Assembly (NCBI GenBank): GCA_023138975.1
Contig: JAGLON010000002.1
Coordinates: 138,378 to 202,377 of the forward strand
Source: Candidatus Zixiibacteriota bacterium
GTDB taxonomy: Bacteria; Zixibacteria; MSB-5A5; GN15; JAAZOE01
Direction of reading: 5' to 3'
Length of the DNA: 64,000 bases
In this document: piece by piece, positions 56,312 to 64,000 of the stretch
How the letters are laid out: each line of letters starts with the position of its first letter
Position numbering within the stretch: the stretch's first letter is position 1
Program-made: the position numbers and the translations under genes
The notes under the pieces: model-generated
What the model saw: the letters and a program-made list of their open reading frames with translations, nothing else
The model's database searches: none
Told to the model about the DNA's origin: nothing

Positions 56312-57139
56312 ATGCCTGAGTTGCCCGAAGTTGAAACTGTTGTTCGAGGATTAAAGAAATCTGTCGCTGGTGAAACCATCACTGCTATTTCAATTAAACC
56401 AACCGCGCGAGTCTTCCCCAGACCGGATGAGTTTTCCAGAAAGATTAAGAATGCTTCGTTTGAAACATTCAGCCGACGAGGCAAAAATATCCTGCTGGGG
56501 CTGTCCAACGGCTATACCCTCTGGGTACATCTGAAAATGACCGGGCATTTTTACTATCTGCCAAAATCTACTCCGACTGGCAAGCATGACCATGTTGTAT
56601 TGACGCTAAAAAATAATGACCACAGCCTGAGATTTAATGACTATCGCCGTTTTGGGTACCTCAAGCTGTTTCCGACTTCCACTCTACATAATCAAAAAGG
56701 GTTGGCCGAACTCGGACCGGAGCCGTTAACGTTTCCTTGCGATGAGTTTGTCGCGCTGTGTAAATCCAAACACCGCATGCTAAAACCGGCCCTGCTAGAC
56801 CAGACTTTTATTGCCGGAATTGGTAACATTTATGCTGATGAATCGCTCTATCTGTCGCGTCTTCATCCAATGCGTCTAACCGATTCCGTATCTAATAAGA
56901 AATTGGCCGAGCTTCACGGACATATCCAGTCTCTTCTCAAAAGTTCGATAAAACTGATGGGTACGTCGGTTGATACTTTTGCCGGTGTCAACGGTCAACC
57001 GGGGAAGTTTCAGAATTATCTAAAAGTGTATGGGCGGGAAAACAAGCCGTGTGAACGCTGCGGCAAGAGTCTTACCCGTCAGAAAATTGGTAGTCGCTCG
57101 GCTCATTTTTGTCCCAAGTGTCAGCGAAACAGCCGATAG
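56312..57139 (+). CDS. mutM: Formamidopyrimidine-DNA glycosylase
   Basis: N-terminal MPELPEVE, H2TH region, and the C-terminal zinc finger CxxC...CxxC. Confidence 0.9.
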   Translation: MPELPEVETVVRGLKKSVAGETITAISIKPTARVFPRPDEFSRKIKNASFETFSRRGKNILLGLSNGYTLWVHLKMTGHFYYLPKSTPTGKHDHVVLTLKNNDHSLRFNDYRRFGYLKLFPTSTLHNQKGLAELGPEPLTFPCDEFVALCKSKHRMLKPALLDQTFIAGIGNIYADESLYLSRLHPMRLTDSVSNKKLAELHGHIQSLLKSSIKLMGTSVDTFAGVNGQPGKFQNYLKVYGRENKPCERCGKSLTRQKIGSRSAHFCPKCQRNSR

Positions 57140-57233
57140 TCAAAACCGCAGCTTGACTTGTCGCTGTAATTGATTACCTTATATCTTCTATCGCACGACG
57201 ACTACATATTTAACACACAAATAAGGAGTTATA

Positions 57234-58088
57234 ATGATAAAAACTCTCGGGATTGTCGGATGCGGTCAGATGGGCAGTGGAATAGCTCAAGCCGCCGCTC
57301 AAGCCGGATTTACGGTGATATCTCATGAGGTAAAAGAGGAATTCTGGAAAAAAGGATTCGGCCGCATTGAGAAAAATCTGAATAAAGCAATAGAAAAGGG
57401 TAAAGCCGACGAAGCCCTTAAGAAGAAAGTCCTCGGCAACCTGACCGGCACGACTAAACTGGAAGATTTGAAAGATTGCGATCTGGTCGTCGAAGCTATT
57501 GTCGAAAACATGGATGCCAAGACCGAAGTGTTCAAGAAACTTGATGAAATCTGCAAACCGGAAACTATTTTAGCCACTAATACTTCGTCTTTACCGGTCG
57601 GAGATATGGCCGCCGCTACCAATCGTCAGGACAAATTTTGCGGTCTGCATTTTTTCAATCCGGTGCATATGATGAAGCTGTGTGAACTGGTTCGCACGAT
57701 TGATTCTTCGGATGAAACTATCGCCGCCGCCAAAGAATTTGCCGTAGCCTGTGGTAAAGAAGTCGTTATGGCCAAGGATCGCCCCGGATTCATAGTCAAT
57801 GTTCTGCTGGTTCCATATCTGCTGGACGCTATCCGTCTGCTGGAAGATGGTCACGGAACCCGGGACGATATCGACAAAGGAATGATGTTCGGATGCGGCC
57901 ACCCGATGGGTCCGCTGACCTTGAACGATTTCATTGGTCTTGATACGATGCTTCACATCGCTGATATCATGTTCGAGGAGTTCAAAGACAAACATTACGC
58001 CGCGCCACCGCTTTTACGCCGTATGGTCAAAGCCGGTTATCTGGGCAAGAAATCAGGGCGAGGATTCTACGATTACACCAAAAAGTAA
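57234..58088 (+). CDS. hbd: 3-hydroxybutyryl-CoA dehydrogenase
   Basis: IGIVGCGQMGSGIAQ Rossmann motif, HFFNP, and PGFIVNR-like PGFIVNV. Confidence 0.9.
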   Translation: MIKTLGIVGCGQMGSGIAQAAAQAGFTVISHEVKEEFWKKGFGRIEKNLNKAIEKGKADEALKKKVLGNLTGTTKLEDLKDCDLVVEAIVENMDAKTEVFKKLDEICKPETILATNTSSLPVGDMAAATNRQDKFCGLHFFNPVHMMKLCELVRTIDSSDETIAAAKEFAVACGKEVVMAKDRPGFIVNVLLVPYLLDAIRLLEDGHGTRDDIDKGMMFGCGHPMGPLTLNDFIGLDTMLHIADIMFEEFKDKHYAAPPLLRRMVKAGYLGKKSGRGFYDYTKK

Positions 58089-58099
58089 ATGAGGAAAAC

Positions 58100-58879
58100 A
58101 TGGATTTTAAGAATTTGATTGTTGAAATAAAAGACGGTGTCGCTGTCATTACGATTAGCCGCGAAAAAGCGCTCAATGCGCTTAATAAAGATGTCATCTC
58201 CGAACTGCATAAGTTTTTCTCGACCCATTGGATGGAAAAAGATTTTCGTTGTGTGGTCATCACCGGAGCGGGCAAGGCGTTTGTAGCCGGAGCCGATATT
58301 GGCGAACTATCTGAACTCGATAGCCCCGGCGCTTGCCGTACTGCCGAAATCGGCCAATACGTGATGAAATCAATCGAGAATTTCCCGTGCCCGGTCATTG
58401 CGGCCATCAACGGTTTTGCCCTCGGCGGCGGATGCGAACTGGCTATGGCCTGTGATATCCGCATTGCCTCGGAAAAAGCCAAACTCGGTCAGCCGGAAGT
58501 CAACTTAGGTATCATCCCCGGCTACGGCGGAACCCAGCGCTTGTCCCGTTTAGTTGGCAAAGGTATGGCGAAAAAACTCATCTTCACCGGTGATATGATT
58601 GGCGCCGCCGAAGCCCTTCGCATCGGGTTAGTCGATGAAGTTCATCCTGTCGACGAGCTGATGGACAAGGTCATGGACCTGGCCAAAAAGATTGCCTCCA
58701 AGAGTGCACCGTCACTCAAACTGGCCAAGGAAGCTATCAATCGCGGTCTTGATGTCAATCTGTCGGTTGGTTGCGATCTGGAGAAGGGCGCTTTTGCAGT
58801 GAACTTTGGTTATGCCGATGCTAAAGAAGGTTTGAAGGCGTTCATGGAAAAACGCGCACCAAAATTCAAGCATAAATAG
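58100..58879 (+). CDS. crt: Short-chain enoyl-CoA hydratase (crotonase)
   Basis: GAGKAFVAGADI, INGFALGGGCELAMACD, and the GQPEVNLGIIPGYGGTQRL crotonase signature. Confidence 0.9.
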   Translation: MDFKNLIVEIKDGVAVITISREKALNALNKDVISELHKFFSTHWMEKDFRCVVITGAGKAFVAGADIGELSELDSPGACRTAEIGQYVMKSIENFPCPVIAAINGFALGGGCELAMACDIRIASEKAKLGQPEVNLGIIPGYGGTQRLSRLVGKGMAKKLIFTGDMIGAAEALRIGLVDEVHPVDELMDKVMDLAKKIASKSAPSLKLAKEAINRGLDVNLSVGCDLEKGAFAVNFGYADAKEGLKAFMEKRAPKFKHK

Positions 58880-58990
58880 GGGCACCCAAAAGGGTGTTTT
58901 CGCCCACTTCGAGTGTTATAAGCTAACGCGCGGTTGATTTGACTTATCAAGCAACCTATGGCTATAGCAATGAGTAGGATTTTCTAATTG

Positions 58991-59015
58991 GTAGCCCATG
59001 GCTTTAGCCATGGGG
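58991..59015 (+). repeat. Solo REP hairpin of the RAYT-flanking family
   Basis: GTAG-CCCATGGC-ttta-GCCATGGG. It has the same CCCAYGG stem as the hairpins flanking the RAYT at 44.8-45.6 kb. Confidence 0.6.
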
Positions 59016-59100
59016 ATAATTTCCAAATAACCACCCCCAACCCCCCTCCTTGGATAAGGAGGGGGCGAGGATGGCTCGCTCTTTAAGATATAAGCTATTT

Positions 59101-59154
59101 TTCATCCGGCGCAGATGTGGACATCCCGCAAAGCGGGACTATAACCTGCCGGGT
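59101..59154. repeat. Short interspersed repeat (family 2), inverted copy
   Basis: The reverse complement aligns with 45595-45646 at about 80 percent by eye. It contains the hairpin CCCGC-aaa-GCGGG. Confidence 0.6.
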
Positions 59155-59170
59155 ACAGAGTAAATCTGCG

Positions 59171-59243
59171 GTAGGGGCTGACTCTGTCAGCCCGAAAAGA
59201 CTTTAGCAGTGATTCCATCCGGGTCGACAGAGTCGCCCCCTAC
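59171..59243. repeat. REPIN-like inverted REP pair of the GTAG-GGGC family
   Basis: GTAG-GGGCTGAC-tct-GTCAGCCC ... GGGTCGAC-aga-GTCGCCCC-CTAC. The outer 18-nt arms are 16/18 complementary. Confidence 0.7.
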
Positions 59244-59372
59244 AAAGAATTCGGTGAGTGGGGTACAGAGCAATGACGACCGGACTTTTAATAGTATTGA
59301 AGGAAAAAGAATCTTGATGGTAATGAGGAGTGAAAGGATATTATCCGATCACTCCATGCTTTGTTATCTGCT

Positions 59373-60551
59373 CTATTCGCAGTCGCCGTTCTTTTTAGCC
59401 AGATTGTAATTATCGCAGCGGCCCAGTTCACAGGCTTTCTTCCAGTCAGTACAGGCTTTAGCCTTGTCGCCAATCTTGATCATGTATAAGAAGCCTCGAT
59501 TTTCATACGCTTCGGCCATCCGGGGATTGAAATGAATCGCCCGATTGTAATCGTCCAGCGCTTTTTCAATTTCATTCAAGTGAGCGTAGGCATTACCTCG
59601 ATTGCTGTACGCCTCGGCATCGTCTTCTTTATTTCGCAACACCTTCGTAAAATCGGAAATGGCTCTTGGGTATTCACCGTTGCGTGAACGAGCCACACCG
59701 CGATTACAAATAGCGCGATTATGGGTGGCGTTTATCTGGATAGCTTTGTCATATTCAAAAACGGCGTTGACAAACTCTTCTTTCCCGAACAGGTAAACAT
59801 TTCCTCGATTATAAAACGCGTCTGCCCACAGCGGTCTTAATTGGATTGATTGATCAAATTCAAGAATCGCCTTGTCATATTCGCCCATTTCGTGGTAGAT
59901 ATTTCCCCGGTTATAATATGGTTGGGCAAATTGAGAATCAGCTTTAATGGCCTCGGCATAATAATCCAGAGCCGTTTGCAAATTACCTTTTTCATGAAAC
60001 ACGTTACCGAGATTCAAATAAGCTCTCGCGAACCTGGGATTTATCTGCAGGACGTTTTTATAATCGGCGATTGCGTTACTTAAATTTTTATTGGCCAGTT
60101 CATATATGTTACCGCGCTGATAATAAGCGATAGTTAGCATCTTATTGAGCTCAATAGCTTTGTCAAATCCGGCAATGGCTTCATCGTATTTTCCGGTACG
60201 AAGCAGGCCGTCTGCTTTTAGGTAAACTGCGATATCATTATCAGGGTTTTTCTCGGCGAGATTTCCGGTAAAGTTCAACCAGGCGGATATATCCTCTTTA
60301 CTCTCAAGGGTCGTGAACATTTTGGAGGCGCCGTAGTTTCTCATCGTCGCGAGACAAGCATGACCGATAAGCATCCGGGAGACAGGATCATCAACTCGAA
60401 TCGAATCAGATTTTATCGAGGCATAAATCTTTTCCCAACGGCCCTGAAGCAGAATCGATTGTACTTCTTCAGAAAGAGTAAATTCCCGTGCAGAGGTTAC
60501 GCTTGCGGTAATCACAAAGCAGAGTATAAAAATCGTGATCAGATGTTTCAT
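59373..60551 (-). CDS. Secreted TPR-repeat protein
   Basis: Signal peptide MKHLITIFILCFVITASVTSA from the ATG at 60551 (AAGGAG RBS). About 8 consecutive TPR units (AIxDYxKAIxLNPxxAxAYxNRG). Cys-rich C-terminus. Confidence 0.8.
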   Translation of the reverse strand: MKHLITIFILCFVITASVTSAREFTLSEEVQSILLQGRWEKIYASIKSDSIRVDDPVSRMLIGHACLATMRNYGASKMFTTLESKEDISAWLNFTGNLAEKNPDNDIAVYLKADGLLRTGKYDEAIAGFDKAIELNKMLTIAYYQRGNIYELANKNLSNAIADYKNVLQINPRFARAYLNLGNVFHEKGNLQTALDYYAEAIKADSQFAQPYYNRGNIYHEMGEYDKAILEFDQSIQLRPLWADAFYNRGNVYLFGKEEFVNAVFEYDKAIQINATHNRAICNRGVARSRNGEYPRAISDFTKVLRNKEDDAEAYSNRGNAYAHLNEIEKALDDYNRAIHFNPRMAEAYENRGFLYMIKIGDKAKACTDWKKACELGRCDNYNLAKKNGDCE

Positions 60552-60739
60552 TCGTCTCGACTCCTTTTCAAGTTCTTTTACGACAGGCAGGTAATAGTAT
60601 CTATCGGCAGGCATATTCGCAAGCCAATTGTTGTTTTTAAACCTTTACTTGTCAAGAGTTCCAAATTGTTTGCTGTAGTGGGATAGTTGCCCGTTTTTAT
60701 ATTGCCAAACGATAATCCTCATTCTATTATCATGATGTT

Positions 60740-61456
60740 GTGCAAGAATTATACAGATCGCAAATACAAGCCAATTTACAGGCGGTTAATAAAAAGATAA
60801 CGAATGCGGCGACGCGTTCGGGCAGGAATCCCGAAGACATTACACTTGTTACCGTATCCAAAACTTTTCCGTCTGATGTAACCAAAGCGGCCGTTGATGC
60901 CGGAGCTTTTGTCTTGGGTGAGAGCCGTGTTCAGGAGGGTTGTCAGAAAATCGATGAGTTGGGCCGAATAGCTGCATGGCATATGATTGGTCATTTGCAG
61001 ACAAATAAAGCTCATAAGGCGGTAGAATACTTTGATTTAATTCACTCAATCGATTCCGAGCCGCTGAGTGAGAAAATCTCTCAAGCCGCTCTAAAGCAAA
61101 ATAAGACAATAAATTGCCTTATTGAGGTCAATTCTTCAGGCGAAGATAGTAAATTTGGGTTTTCTTCTGCAGAAATCGTAATTTCTGCAGGGCGAATTGC
61201 CGAATTAAAAGGTATAAACCTTTGTGGTTTGATGACAATCGGTCCCTGGACAACAAATGAAGGGTGTGTCAAGAAAGCGTTTGAGCTTACCCGTGGTTTG
61301 TATGAAAAACTACAAGATGAAATCGGGCCGGGCTTCAATATTCTCTCCATGGGGATGTCGTCAGACTATGAGTTGGCTATTGCTTGCGGCTCAACGATGG
61401 TAAGAGTCGGAACGGCGATTTTTGGAGATAGAAAAAAGTTAGAAAACCTTAAATAG
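60740..61456 (+). CDS. yggS: YggS-family pyridoxal-phosphate homeostasis protein
   Basis: LVTVSKTFP (PLP Lys), GESRVQE, and WHMIGHLQTNK. GTG start. Confidence 0.85.
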   Translation: MQELYRSQIQANLQAVNKKITNAATRSGRNPEDITLVTVSKTFPSDVTKAAVDAGAFVLGESRVQEGCQKIDELGRIAAWHMIGHLQTNKAHKAVEYFDLIHSIDSEPLSEKISQAALKQNKTINCLIEVNSSGEDSKFGFSSAEIVISAGRIAELKGINLCGLMTIGPWTTNEGCVKKAFELTRGLYEKLQDEIGPGFNILSMGMSSDYELAIACGSTMVRVGTAIFGDRKKLENLK

Positions 61457-61468
61457 AGATTTTATATT

Positions 61469-62392
61469 ATGGAAACAACTCCTAATGATCTGCGTCAACA
61501 GCAGTTCGAAATTAAATTCCGGGGATATAACCCCGATGATGTGGAAGTTTTCCGCGATTTGGCTGCAACCGCCCTGGAAGAGGCAAAAGCCGAAATATTA
61601 AAACTCAGCGAGGAAAATAATCATATCAGTGAACGGCTAAAACACCTGATTGCCCTCGAAGACACCCTTAAGGCGGCTGTAATTGAGGCCCAGAAAAACG
61701 CCGAAGTCACCATTGATAACGCCAAACGGGAAGCTCAGGTTACCGTTAATCAGGCGGAAAAGGAAGCCGAATTAATCGTCCGTGAAGCCAACTCGAAACG
61801 AGAAGACGTGACCGGCGACATGCATCGCAAAATGGGCAAACTGGTTGCCGACATCAATAAACTCCGTTTTATCAAATCTCAGTATTTGCATCAACTGCAA
61901 TCTCTGGTTTCCTCTCAACTCGAAGTCGTGGACCAGGCGATTGAAGATGATGAGCGTGATGAAAATGATATTCAGCCTCCGACCCCGGAAGCAAAGCCCG
62001 TACAACAGGATTGGCAGGATACTCAGGAGCGCGCGGCAGTAGAAGAACCAGTTGCCGAATACAGTGCACCGCCCCGTGAAAATGTCGATCAGATGGCAGA
62101 TTCGATAGGCAATGATACTGCCGAGATACCAGTTGTAGCGGAACCAGCCGAAGTTCTTGAGCGTGTCAGCGAAGAAAATGCCGAGGCTATCGCTCAGACG
62201 CCGGAGTCGGAAATTGCGGCAACACCGGATGAGGTTCCTGTACCGGAGGTACAGCCGGAAATGAGCGAAGCAATCGCTCATGTCTCTGAAAATAATGAGC
62301 AACCTCAGGAGTCCGAAGAAAAGCCTAATGACGAAGAACCACTCACGGAAGAGTGGGAGGATCTTGAGAAGCAACTTAATGAGGAAAAGTAA
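61469..62392 (+). CDS. divIVA: DivIVA-domain protein with a long acidic C-terminal tail
   Basis: TPNDLRQQQFEIKFRGYNPDDVEVF N-terminal DivIVA motif, a coiled coil, and a Glu/Pro-rich tail. Confidence 0.8.
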   Translation: METTPNDLRQQQFEIKFRGYNPDDVEVFRDLAATALEEAKAEILKLSEENNHISERLKHLIALEDTLKAAVIEAQKNAEVTIDNAKREAQVTVNQAEKEAELIVREANSKREDVTGDMHRKMGKLVADINKLRFIKSQYLHQLQSLVSSQLEVVDQAIEDDERDENDIQPPTPEAKPVQQDWQDTQERAAVEEPVAEYSAPPRENVDQMADSIGNDTAEIPVVAEPAEVLERVSEENAEAIAQTPESEIAATPDEVPVPEVQPEMSEAIAHVSENNEQPQESEEKPNDEEPLTEEWEDLEKQLNEEK

Positions 62393-63220
62393 ATGGAATA
62401 TATGTTTGAAATGATCAAGGAATCTGCGGAATTCATACGAACCAAGACGTCGATTACGCCAAAAATAGGTATCATTCTGGGTACTGGCTTAGGATCATTG
62501 GCCGATGGAATTGAGGTCGAAGCTACTGTAGAATATGATACGATACCGCACTTCCCGGTTTCTACCGTTGAGTCTCATAAAGGACGCCTGATATTAGGTA
62601 CTCTCAAAGGTAAGCCGGTAATCGCAATGCAAGGACGCTTTCATTATTACGAAGGCTATGATATGCAGAAAATCACGTTCCCGATACGGGTTCTAAAAGA
62701 ACTCGGTATTGAGATTCTGATTGTTTCTAATGCCTGTGGAGGATTGAATCCTCAGTTTAAGGGCGGCGATATTATGGCGATTACCGACCACATTAACCTG
62801 CTTGGCAGCAATCCGCTCATAGGTTCTAATGATGATCGTCTGGGAGCACGTTTTCCTGATATGTATAATTGCTACGACAAAGACTTACTCGACCTTGTTC
62901 AAGAAGTTGCGTTGGAGCAGAAGTACCCGTTAAAAAAGGGTGTCTATGTCTCAGTTGCAGGTCCTAATCTGGAAACTGGCGCCGAATATCGTTTTCTGAG
63001 AATTATTGGCGCTGATGTAGTCGGCATGTCAACCGTTCCGGAAGTTATTACTGCCCGTCACCAAGGGACCCGGGTCATCGGGATGTCAATAATCACCGAT
63101 ATGGGATTACCGGATTCATTGGAACCCTGTTCGCTGGATAGAATTATTAAAACCGCAAACGATGCCGAGCCGTATCTGCGGGATTTAATTGCCGGAGTTG
63201 TAGAAAAACTTGACGTTTGA
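62393..63220 (+). CDS. punA: Purine nucleoside phosphorylase (trimeric PunA type)
   Basis: GTGLGSLAD, GRFHYYEGY, SNACGGLNP and VGMSTVPE motifs. Confidence 0.9.
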   Translation: MEYMFEMIKESAEFIRTKTSITPKIGIILGTGLGSLADGIEVEATVEYDTIPHFPVSTVESHKGRLILGTLKGKPVIAMQGRFHYYEGYDMQKITFPIRVLKELGIEILIVSNACGGLNPQFKGGDIMAITDHINLLGSNPLIGSNDDRLGARFPDMYNCYDKDLLDLVQEVALEQKYPLKKGVYVSVAGPNLETGAEYRFLRIIGADVVGMSTVPEVITARHQGTRVIGMSIITDMGLPDSLEPCSLDRIIKTANDAEPYLRDLIAGVVEKLDV

Positions 63221-63242
63221 TGAGTTTTTACCATTAGTCAAT

Positions 63243-63273
63243 AAAAAGGGCCGGTTTTCCGGTCCTTTTTTTT
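63243..63273 (+). terminator. Rho-independent terminator
   Basis: GGGCCGG-tttt-CCGGTCC followed by a T8 run. Confidence 0.8.
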
Positions 63274-63340
63274 ATCGAATTTATTAGCCTTAGTTAGTGT
63301 TCCCATGCGGGTTTATTTCATTGAGATTTCATTTTAAAAA

Positions 63341-63437
63341 TAAAAAAAGCCGCATCGTCAGAATGGCAGCAATCACTTTTAGCGCTCTTGGGGGGGCTGC
63401 CAGGGCGGGAGGGTGTGCCCAAGGTTCCCGACGATGC
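63341..63437 (-). ncRNA. Candidate branched RNA 3'-end structure or small RNA ending in a U-run (minus strand)
   Basis: P1 CGCATCGTC/GACGATGCG (63350-58 with 63429-37), P2 TGGCAGC/GCTGCCA (63363-69 with 63395-401), and P3 GGGC/GCCC (63402-05 with 63416-19). The A7 run at 63341-47 becomes a U7 run on the minus strand. The P2 loop is C-rich on the minus strand. Confidence 0.25.
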
Positions 63438-64000
63438 GATTATAATATATACGCATTCTTTTTATTTTACGCTATCCTTTAGTGCCCTTTTTGCCCAAAA
63501 AAAATAAAGGAATTTTCCCATAAAAACTGCAGGGACATGAAATTGTTTCATTTCAGCTGTCGTTATTACTGTCCCCAATAAACAATTCTTAAAGATAACA
63601 CTGACTATTGGCTGGGTTAGAAGATTAGTTTTTATAATTTTAGGAGCCACTAAATAAGCCTGACAAAGCAAATATACTACTGTGCAATATCTGAACAACG
63701 AAAAATATAAAATCGTAAGTTTTCAATTCTATATGGGAAAGGCTCGACACTATTAGCGAAACAGCTTGCACACTGCTCATTAATGAAACAGTTCGTAGAT
63801 TATATAACCAATTGACGAGCAGTCTCTTAGGCACCCAGTATTCACCGAAAAAAAGATTCTCCGCTAAGGCATGTAAGTTGCTTAAGTATTATGCGATACG
63901 TTATTTTTGAATGATGTTATGAAGGTTTAATCTACGTCCACTTCATAATATCTCAGCAAGGCAGGTTATAATGGCTCCGAAAAAGAAGGACAACTACAAG

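Noticed and set aside
63462-63834. Two small minus-strand ORFs (78 and 64 aa) in the AT-rich right end, and a possible plus-strand gene start at 63970 (MAPKKKDNYK...).
   Set aside because: There are no motifs or clear RBS, and the hydrophobic, odd composition is typical of AT-rich non-coding DNA. The 63970 ORF has only 10 codons in the window, too few to judge.

Overview
This is a densely coding 64-kb chromosomal segment. It appears to come from an uncultivated diderm bacterium, judging by a PEP-CTERM protein, small outer-membrane beta-barrels, and secreted proteins with dockerin-like repeats and a T9SS-like C-terminal start; phylum cannot be assigned from sequence alone.

Most of the window is recognisable housekeeping:
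- a minus-strand ispE-spoVG-tRNA-Gln-prs-rplY block
- aconitase, gcvT and comB
- a TPR protein, a BatA-like vWA protein and an ABC-F ATPase
- a DAHP-synthase-headed, essentially complete classical menaquinone cluster (menF-D-H-B, menA-C-E, hotdog thioesterase, methyltransferase)
- a full F1Fo ATP synthase operon (atpZ-like, I, B, E, F, H, A, G, D, C)
- nadC-birA, nth, NfeD/SPFH, iscU, mutM, hbd-crt and yggS-divIVA-punA

The non-routine content, in order of interest:
1. A leaderless gene encodes a DprA/SLOG-like N-terminal domain fused to an AbiGi-like C-terminal domain (32788-33906). It is a candidate single-gene conflict or defence protein.
2. A REP-associated tyrosine transposase (RAYT) is flanked by two identical 92-bp REP doublets. 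A second GTAG-headed REP family and other short repeats recur about 13 kb away.
3. An AT-rich islet carries a deoxyinosine/UDG-family-6-like glycosylase with an unknown N-terminal extension of about 115 aa.
4. An ORF-poor, hairpin-dense, GC-rich stretch of about 250 nt lies downstream of a sigma70-like promoter. It is followed by a palindrome and a consensus sigma54 promoter driving two small unknown proteins.
5. Two tandem paralogous small OM barrels sit inside the men cluster and share a near-identical signal-peptide-coding 5' end.
6. An orphan KARI-like gene has substitutions at canonical catalytic motifs.

No CRISPR array, rRNA or prophage was seen. All calls come from reading the sequence and from motif recall; no database search was run.
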